Shown here: positions 57,788-64,000 of the stretch, in pieces
Layout of the letters: each line of letters begins with the position of its first letter
How positions within the stretch are numbered: position 1 is the first letter of the stretch
Origin: a virus
Taxonomy: Duplodnaviria > Caudoviricetes
Length of the DNA stretch: 64,000 nt
Strand: one strand, 5' to 3'
IMG/VR virus record: IMGVR_UViG_3300020048_000009
Location: 32,001-96,000 of that record
Notes under the pieces: model-generated
Database searches by the model: none
The model's input: only the letters and a program-made list of their open reading frames with translations
Told to the model about the DNA's origin: nothing
Program-made: the position numbers and the translations under genes

Positions 57788-57825
57788 GACAAAGATCCCT
57801 AATGAACGGGAATGATAGTAAGTTA

Positions 57826-57947
57826 GTAAGAGAGATATTTGTGATTATGCCTTTAGTGTAACGGTTAGCACGTGGGATAATTCCCTTAGATCGGTTCGAC
57901 TCCGCAGGAAAAAACAAATCACATACAGAACCTTGTGAAATCCTTAT
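57826..57947 (+). ncRNA. three-way-junction RNA copy 4 with tRNA-derived insert
   Basis: GTAAG-AG-AGATA ... GAAC ... GTGAA-AT-C-CTTAT. Confidence 0.55.
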
Positions 57948-58074
57948 ATGGTACCTATCCAACTGAGCCATTCCAAGAATCCCCAGAGACGGTGTAGTAG
58001 GGATATACGAAGCAACACATTCATAGGCCTATCGGTGTTGTTGTAGATAGGACAAGACCGTTTCATTTTTATAC

Positions 58075-58201
58075 TGAGTAATGTAGAGAATTGGCAAATC
58101 AGCGGGCCAGTAGGCAAGTCTTAGAGATGCTGAAATCCGGCGGAATAACATTAGCTGGTAAGAGGTTATTCATTTATGGGTTCGAGTCCCATCATTATTC
58201 A
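58075..58201 (+). ncRNA. tRNA-like RNA with expanded anticodon arm, no CCA
   Basis: TGAGTAATG/CATTATTCA, D-loop AATTGGCAA, T-arm ATGGG-TTCGAGT-CCCAT. Confidence 0.55.
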
Positions 58202-58237
58202 GTGTATTTCTTTTTAAATTTAGTTATAATATAATTT

Positions 58238-58546
58238 ATGAAAACCAACAAATTTGTTTTTGAAATCAGTGTTGAAGGCCCAGGTTATAATGAAGAAAAT
58301 GTAGAAGAACTTTATGGTGAAGGTGCCATGTATAATCCAGATTTTTCAGAACACTCTGTAGTCATGGATGAGGTCTATGAAATCTTTAAGGATGCATTAA
58401 TGCAGCGAATGGAATTTAAAATGAATGCATTAATTAAACCTGTTCCAAATGAAGCAGCACAAAAAGCTTATCTAACTCATGTTGATGCAGCAATTGAGCT
58501 TTATAGAAAAGTTCAAGGAAGTTTAAAATTCGTTAGAAAAGAATAA
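58238..58546 (+). CDS. hypothetical protein
   Basis: ORF behind early promoter. Confidence 0.7.
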   Translation: MKTNKFVFEISVEGPGYNEENVEELYGEGAMYNPDFSEHSVVMDEVYEIFKDALMQRMEFKMNALIKPVPNEAAQKAYLTHVDAAIELYRKVQGSLKFVRKE

Positions 58547-58552
58547 TTTATG

Positions 58553-58684
58553 GGGGTTGTTGGCTGAATAGGCATAAGCAGGGCACAAGAGGCCTGACAA
58601 AGCATAAAGGCATGTAGAAAACCGGCCGGGAATATTCTATATGTACTGTGCAGCGTGGAGGTTCGATTCCTTCCAGCCCCACCA
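58553..58684 (+). ncRNA. tRNA-like RNA with about 60-nt insertion in the anticodon arm
   Basis: GGGGTTG/CAGCCCC-ACCA, D-arm, T-arm, GCACA/TGTGC. Confidence 0.6.
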
Positions 58685-58690
58685 ATTTAT

Positions 58691-58765
58691 ATAGCAGTAG
58701 TTCAATTGGCAGAATGGCGATCTCCAAAAGCGATGAAGTGGGTTCGATTCCTGCACATCCTGCCA
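58691..58765 (+). pseudogene. degenerate tRNA-Trp(CCA)
   Basis: loop CTCCAAA but unpaired acceptor stem and weak anticodon stem. Confidence 0.55.
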
Positions 58766-58770
58766 TTTAT

Positions 58771-58849
58771 GGTAGTATTAGCTTAGTCTGGCCTAAAGCT
58801 ACGGACCGTGACTCCGTGATCGTGGGTTCGAATCCCATATACTTCCCCA
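58771..58849 (+). tRNA. tRNA-His(GTG)
   Basis: G-1:C73, loop CCGTGAC. Confidence 0.88.
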
Positions 58850-58858
58850 AAATTAATT

Positions 58859-58919
58859 CATAATTCGATCCCACTATTTGATAAATAAAATAAATATCAA
58901 ATAGTGGGATCGAATTATG
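58859..58919 (+). promoter_or_regulatory. 25-bp perfect hairpin sequestering the start codon, with the late promoter at its apex
   Basis: CATAATTCGATCCCACTATTTGATA / TATCAAATAGTGGGATCGAATTATG. Confidence 0.85.
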
Positions 58920-59858
58920 AATACTTTATTAATAAGACATTGTGAAAATTGTGGAATAGAACATGATGGAACATATGGATCTGGAAGATTTTGTTCTAAA
59001 GAATGCGCTAGAAGTTTTTCTTCTAAATTAAATACAAACATACGAAATGAAAAAATTTCAAAAACATTAAAAAATAAACATATTAGAGAAACTATATGTA
59101 AAAAATGTGGAACTATTGTATATACAAAGGGTTCTAGTCCAAATGTATGTTGTGACAAATGTAGACAAAAAAGAAAAAGCAATACCCCCTATTGTAATAG
59201 ATGTGGTGCCGAACGTGGAAAATGTAAATATCCATCTTTATGTAAAAAAAAGTTAAAATTATTTGATGGATTAGAAAAATATTTTGGATTTGATAAAACA
59301 AGTTTTGGGTCGAAAAGATATTATGAAGAAATCTTTAGAATAAAAGCAATGATAGAAGAAGATTATTATGAAAATAATAACTCAACAGTTGAATTATGTA
59401 AAAAATATAATCATACAGCATGTGGTAGTTTTATAAGAATACTAAAAAGCATTGATATTGTATTAAGAAATTTAAAAGAATCTTCATTACTGGCATATAA
59501 AACTGGTAGATCTGTTATATCAATAGATAATAGTACTCAATATAAACATGGGTGGCATACTGCATGGGATAACACACAAATATTTTATAGATCTTCATAT
59601 GAACTTGATTATGCTGAAAAATTAGATGAGCAAAAAGTAAAATATGACGTCGAAGCTTTAAGAATATCTTATTTTGATACTCAAAAATGTATAGAAAGAA
59701 CGGCAATTCCTGATTTTTATCTTCCTGAAACTAATACTATAGTTGAAATAAAATCTTCATGGACATATAATGAACAGAATATGAATGATAAAATTAAAGC
59801 TTATAAGAAGCATGGTTATAATTTTAAACTAATTTTAGATCATAAGGAAGTTGTTTAA
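58917..59858 (+). CDS. free-standing TnsA-like PD-(D/E)xK endonuclease with zinc ribbons
   Basis: CENCG..HDGTYGSGRFCS; YRSSYEL..A..LD; IPDFYL..IVEIKS. Confidence 0.85.
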   Translation: MNTLLIRHCENCGIEHDGTYGSGRFCSKECARSFSSKLNTNIRNEKISKTLKNKHIRETICKKCGTIVYTKGSSPNVCCDKCRQKRKSNTPYCNRCGAERGKCKYPSLCKKKLKLFDGLEKYFGFDKTSFGSKRYYEEIFRIKAMIEEDYYENNNSTVELCKKYNHTACGSFIRILKSIDIVLRNLKESSLLAYKTGRSVISIDNSTQYKHGWHTAWDNTQIFYRSSYELDYAEKLDEQKVKYDVEALRISYFDTQKCIERTAIPDFYLPETNTIVEIKSSWTYNEQNMNDKIKAYKKHGYNFKLILDHKEVV

Positions 59859-59927
59859 AAAATTTATTTTTTTGCGTATAATTATAGTATACAAATAAAT
59901 TGTAATACAAATAAGGAAAACAATATT

Positions 59928-60068
59928 ATGTTAAAGAGAGATAAGCTCGGTAGATTCGTTGCTGCTAAGAAAGCACCTAAGGCTAAGCCCTGTGCACCAT
60001 GTAAACCTTCCAAGAAGGATTCATGTAAACCTTGCGCACCTAAGAAAACAAAGAAATGTTGTAAGTAA
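59928..60068 (+). CDS. 46-aa Lys/Pro/Cys-rich KRDxxGRF-family peptide (not in ORF track)
   Basis: MLKRDKLGRFVAAKKAPKAKPCAPCKP...; AAGGA RBS. Confidence 0.6.
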   Translation: MLKRDKLGRFVAAKKAPKAKPCAPCKPSKKDSCKPCAPKKTKKCCK

Positions 60069-60331
60069 TTTTCAACGTTTAGATAAATAAAAATATCAAA
60101 CCTGCGGTGCCTCTATTCGGGTGGATTTATTCCTTCGTACTGAATATGCATAATTCCGCGGGTATTTTATTTCAGGTGTACTTTTTAAATAAATCCGTGT
60201 ATTATATAATCATAACAAGTTAAATGGAGATGAGACAATGGATATTCCTTTTGCAGAATTAATGATTAAAGCTGGAGAATTGAACAAAGATACTTTCGTA
60301 ATCGATGTTGATACTCTTAGGAGATGGTTAG

Positions 60332-60547
60332 ATGAACAAAATCAAAAAGAATCAAACACAATGTAATTGTGAATCCCAATGTAATTGGGAAGTTCAAGGA
60401 ATGTCTCCTTCTCCCATACAGAATAAAACAATTGTTTTTAGAATGTCATGTGATGGTAAATACTTTACGACAACTACAAATGAAGTATCAACCCTCACCA
60501 TCTGCCCTCACTGTAATCAACCCATAACTCACCTAAACAAGGTTTAA
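60332..60547 (+). CDS. small Cys-rich protein
   Basis: CPHC motif. Confidence 0.5.
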   Translation: MNKIKKNQTQCNCESQCNWEVQGMSPSPIQNKTIVFRMSCDGKYFTTTTNEVSTLTICPHCNQPITHLNKV

Positions 60548-60551
60548 CATT

Positions 60552-60983
60552 ATGCGTACACAAATAGAAGGTATAAAATACGAGATGCCTGATGGCTATT
60601 ATCGCGTGACTAATAAGCTCGATATGGCCAGACGTGATGATTTAGTTTGGGGATCTTGTGAAGACCTATGGTCTAAACCTACAGGAAGACTTGATCTTGT
60701 TGGTAATTATTATGCGGTTATCCGTAAAGGTGTGAAACCTCCAAAAGTAATTAAAGAGAATTCTAAACCACCAGCTTATATAAAAGTTACTTCAGTTGAT
60801 GATATCAAAAAATATAATCTTAAAGAAGGTTCTAAGATTATTATAAACGATTTGAAATATACAATCGTTAAAATCCATTCAGCTGGTAATTATGGTTGGG
60901 GATTGTTAAGCCAACAATTTGCTATTTGTCTTATCACATCAAAACTTGAGCTTTTAATAAGCGCTTATACTCTTGGTATATAA
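60552..60983 (+). CDS. hypothetical protein
   Basis: AAGG RBS. Confidence 0.6.
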   Translation: MRTQIEGIKYEMPDGYYRVTNKLDMARRDDLVWGSCEDLWSKPTGRLDLVGNYYAVIRKGVKPPKVIKENSKPPAYIKVTSVDDIKKYNLKEGSKIIINDLKYTIVKIHSAGNYGWGLLSQQFAICLITSKLELLISAYTLGI

Positions 60984-60989
60984 TTTAAT

Positions 60990-61081
60990 GGAAGTGTGGC
61001 CGAGCCTGGTTTATGGCGGCTGATTACTAATCAGCAGGGGCCTTAAAACCCCCGTAGGTTCAAATCCTATCGCTTCCTCCA
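60990..61081 (+). tRNA. tRNA-Ser(ACT)
   Basis: GCTGA-TTACTAA-TCAGC, long V-arm, CCA. Confidence 0.85.
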
Positions 61082-61246
61082 ATTTCTAAGAAATCAATAT
61101 CTTAATCGATGTTGATTTTTTTTTATCTTTTCTAAATTATTTTAGTATACATACTATAAAATATTATTTTCTAATTTTCTTAAAATCACGGTATATTTAC
61201 GCAGTCTTTTTTATTATAATATTTATATTGTTTAACCGATAAGGAT

Positions 61247-61678
61247 TTGTCGATGGAATGTAAATACACAAAAGGCAATATTGTTCAAGTATCCCTCATA
61301 CCAAAGATGTATACTTGGTGTGAGCCTTTTTATAAAAACAACATAAAAGTTTTTATAGAAGTTACAGAGGCCGTAGCAGATAATGGCGGACATGAAGGTT
61401 ATTATAGGGGAATTTTAATACTTGAAAATGTAAATACAGAAACCTTTAAGAATCTTTATCGTTGGGATAGAACACTAGAACAATGGCTTGCCTATATATT
61501 GCCCTTATCTGTTAATGGTGAAAAATATGCAAGTCGAAATAAAGAAGATCCATACCCCTGGTCTTTTGTTGAAAATGAATTAGTCCTTAACCGAATTACC
61601 AAAGCTCTTCCTGAAGATATTGATTATGATAATATGCTGCCAGAAGCATATACTGCTTCTGTCTCAGATACATTATAA
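61247..61678 (+). CDS. paralog array B member 1
   Basis: KGNIVQV start; LPEDIDYDNMLP; TTG start uncertain. Confidence 0.7.
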   Translation: MSMECKYTKGNIVQVSLIPKMYTWCEPFYKNNIKVFIEVTEAVADNGGHEGYYRGILILENVNTETFKNLYRWDRTLEQWLAYILPLSVNGEKYASRNKEDPYPWSFVENELVLNRITKALPEDIDYDNMLPEAYTASVSDTL

Positions 61679-61686
61679 GGATTATT

Positions 61687-62046
61687 ATGAAACATAAATT
61701 TGACGTTGGTGATACAGTAGATATTATTTTTATAGATCCACCTGTTGGTGATGGTTATCGTTATGCTAAACCTTATCATTGGCAAGTATGGGCAGATAAA
61801 CAAAAGGTTAGACTATATGGTAAAATTACAAAGCGCGATGAAGAAAATGGATATAGAGTAGATATCTATAGATATGATACTGGAAATTTATGGAGAGTAG
61901 AGGCATTTTTTCAAGATTCTTGGAGTGATGCTTATAACTGGCGTTTGTATGAACATGAAGTAGTATCACAAGTACCCATTTGTGTTTTACCAGAAAATAT
62001 TGATTATGATGATTTTCTTCCAGCATCAATTGTAAACGTATTTTAA
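61687..62046 (+). CDS. paralog array B member 2
   Basis: FDVGDTV; LPENIDYDDFLP. Confidence 0.75.
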   Translation: MKHKFDVGDTVDIIFIDPPVGDGYRYAKPYHWQVWADKQKVRLYGKITKRDEENGYRVDIYRYDTGNLWRVEAFFQDSWSDAYNWRLYEHEVVSQVPICVLPENIDYDDFLPASIVNVF

Positions 62047-62047
62047 T

Positions 62048-62461
62048 ATGAATGAATTAGAAAATTTAAATGTTGGCGATCGTGTGATGTTTAATAGCCT
62101 GTCTATGCCTTGGAGATGGCATAGTGAACTACAAGCATTAAAGATTCCAGTGGTTGGTGAAATCTTTGAAAAACATCAATCCATTCTAGGACACGGTTTG
62201 CTTTTTACAGTATATGCACATATTCCAAATATTTCAATACAACAAATAGAGAGACTTGATAATTACAATCCTGGAAGTTTCTTTAGAAGATTTATTCCTA
62301 GAACTGTAAATGGAACACCTTATATATCGGATATGGGTGAACCACAAAGACATACATGGGAATATCATATCAGATATGTAATACCATTTATTCCGGTTTC
62401 ATTACCTGAAATTTTTGATTATGATGCATTACTTCCTGAAGAAATTATAAGAGGTATTTAA
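62048..62461 (+). CDS. paralog array B member 3
   Basis: LNVGDRV; LPEIFDYDALLP. Confidence 0.75.
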   Translation: MNELENLNVGDRVMFNSLSMPWRWHSELQALKIPVVGEIFEKHQSILGHGLLFTVYAHIPNISIQQIERLDNYNPGSFFRRFIPRTVNGTPYISDMGEPQRHTWEYHIRYVIPFIPVSLPEIFDYDALLPEEIIRGI

Positions 62462-62462
62462 T

Positions 62463-62795
62463 ATGGATATTCCAAACATAGATAGAAACATTAAGATTGT
62501 AAGATTGTCAAGTGGTAATGTCCTGGCTAGATTTACTAAAGCTGGTGAAGACTTACCAATAGTTTCTTTTTATCTAAAGGTTTTAAAATCAGGTATAGTT
62601 ATTAGGGGTGATCATGTTATTGAAGCTGTTGTATTCGATATGGATACAAACCAGGAATTGCTTGATGGTAAAGTCTTTACTATATATTTAAACAATATTA
62701 ACGTGTGGGAATATTGTGAATATGTTCCTAAAGTAAATGTAGATCTTTCATCTCTTGATGAAGATAGTCTTATTCCTGAGGATTTATATAAATGA
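62463..62795 (+). CDS. paralog array B member 4
   Basis: LSSLDEDSLIPEDLYK. Confidence 0.7.
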   Translation: MDIPNIDRNIKIVRLSSGNVLARFTKAGEDLPIVSFYLKVLKSGIVIRGDHVIEAVVFDMDTNQELLDGKVFTIYLNNINVWEYCEYVPKVNVDLSSLDEDSLIPEDLYK

Positions 62796-63211
62796 GTAAG
62801 ATGGATTTTGAAAAAGGTGATATAGTTTATTTTGATGCAGCAATCACTGACACCAGTTGGAGATGGCATAATGAACTGCGAGCATTGGGCATTACAGTAC
62901 ATGGTGAGTTTGCCTATAGCTGGGATTACTCCTATGAAGTATATATACACCTTCCGAAGATTACCGAAGAACAATTAAGGGCTTTAGATAAAGGTGATAC
63001 TCCTGGGAATTTCTTAAGACGCTTTAAACCCAAATCAATAAATGGAATATCATGCAGCTATTTTCATAGTATCTATGAAGGGTGTAGAACGTGGGAATAT
63101 AGTATGGAAACCGTACCAATCCACAAATTAAGTGCAGTCAAACCCCTTCCTGAAGATATTGATTATGATGCTCTTATTCCTAAAGAATTATATGAGGACC
63201 TATACAAATGA
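62792..63211 (+). CDS. paralog array B member 5
   Basis: FEKGDIV; LPEDIDYDALIP. Confidence 0.75.
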   Translation: MSKMDFEKGDIVYFDAAITDTSWRWHNELRALGITVHGEFAYSWDYSYEVYIHLPKITEEQLRALDKGDTPGNFLRRFKPKSINGISCSYFHSIYEGCRTWEYSMETVPIHKLSAVKPLPEDIDYDALIPKELYEDLYK

Positions 63212-63555
63212 ACGAATATAGACTAACAGCTAAAATCGGAGATCTTGTTCGTCCCATATCTATTTCTAGTTATGACTGGTGGCAAGAATTAGGTATCAAA
63301 GGACAACATGATAATGTGTATGGAGTAGTTGTAGATCTAGCACTACATCTTTCAGGGTATATTGCAATAAATTTCTTTTATTGTGATACTGACTTGCCTA
63401 TTCGTCCATATCTTCATGATGATAGTGTGGCTAATCATTGGAATTTTTTGGATGATAGTATTGAATTTATACCTTATGTTAAGATAGATAATTCTAAAAT
63501 AAATATTCTAGAGATAGATGAAGATGCATTAATACCGGAAAATTTATATAATTAA
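63208..63555 (+). CDS. paralog array B member 6
   Basis: KIGDLV; EIDEDALIPENLY. Confidence 0.75.
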   Translation: MNEYRLTAKIGDLVRPISISSYDWWQELGIKGQHDNVYGVVVDLALHLSGYIAINFFYCDTDLPIRPYLHDDSVANHWNFLDDSIEFIPYVKIDNSKINILEIDEDALIPENLYN

Positions 63556-63717
63556 CAGTGTACATTTAATAACAACAACTTCTAATTTATACTTTTTAAT
63601 CACGCTTTTTTCCTCCACCCTAGAGAATATCAAATAAATTTACACTTTTCAATCATTTCTGGTGTACATTCCATAAGAAAGACTTTAGAAATCCTGATAA
63701 ATAAAATAAAGGATTTT

Positions 63718-63981
63718 ATGTATTTGAAATTTTTTAGAAGCTTTTCGGATGAAATCATCAGGTTTGACAATTCTAATATTAGAAAATCTGAAGTTTTCCT
63801 AGTAAAACACCTGGGTATATCTTATAAGATAATAATCACTTCATATTGCTGTATAGTATCTTACTTCATATTAGGTAGAAATATCCCAGATAAACTAAAA
63901 GTAAATCCACATGATTACATCATCATCAAAAATAATAGATCAATCCTTTTAAAAGATGCTTATACCTATTTTATAAACTAA
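63718..63981 (+). CDS. hypothetical protein (late promoter)
   Basis: GATAAATAAA and AAGGA upstream. Confidence 0.55.
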   Translation: MYLKFFRSFSDEIIRFDNSNIRKSEVFLVKHLGISYKIIITSYCCIVSYFILGRNIPDKLKVNPHDYIIIKNNRSILLKDAYTYFIN

Positions 63982-64000
63982 AATATTAAAGCTAAACCCT

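Noticed and set aside
58553-58684. Group I intron in a tRNA anticodon
   Set aside because: The insert is about 60 nt with no P7 core, and removing it does not restore a canonical 7-nt loop.
18146-63555. Diversity-generating retroelement behind the paralog arrays
   Set aside because: No reverse transcriptase and no near-identical TR/VR pair with adenine-specific differences. The paralogs are far too diverged.
1-64000. Stop-codon reassignment or suppressor tRNA
   Set aside because: Long genes are intact in code 11 and no CTA/TCA/TTA anticodon tRNA was found. The polB truncation is explained by an intein.

Overview
64 kb of a strongly AT-rich, large T4-like (jumbo) phage genome read in the standard bacterial code. 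1-22.9 kb: CCA-adding enzyme, RmlC, a nucleotidyltransferase, the N-half of a family B DNA polymerase ending in a 14-aa split-intein fragment, a gp4-like nuclease, a terminase-like ATPase fragment, a cell-wall hydrolase and arrays of probable head-internal paralogs under TAAATA late promoters. 23-50 kb: accessory region of small ORFs behind a GTRTAT-N18-TANNAT promoter, an iteron-like array, a GC-richer groES/groEL island and acidic late proteins. 50.8-61.1 kb: 24 recognisable tRNAs, about 8 aberrant tRNA-like RNAs and 5 free-standing endonucleases. 61.2-63.6 kb: a second paralog array. The most unusual signals are non-coding: (i) a kissing-loop RNA cassette with compensatory changes in front of three different endonuclease genes, (ii) four copies of an unrecognised three-way-junction RNA, two carrying tRNA-derived domains, (iii) a canonical pistol ribozyme plus a P1-less pistol variant that together bracket about 320 nt. 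All RNA structures were folded by eye and no database search was run.
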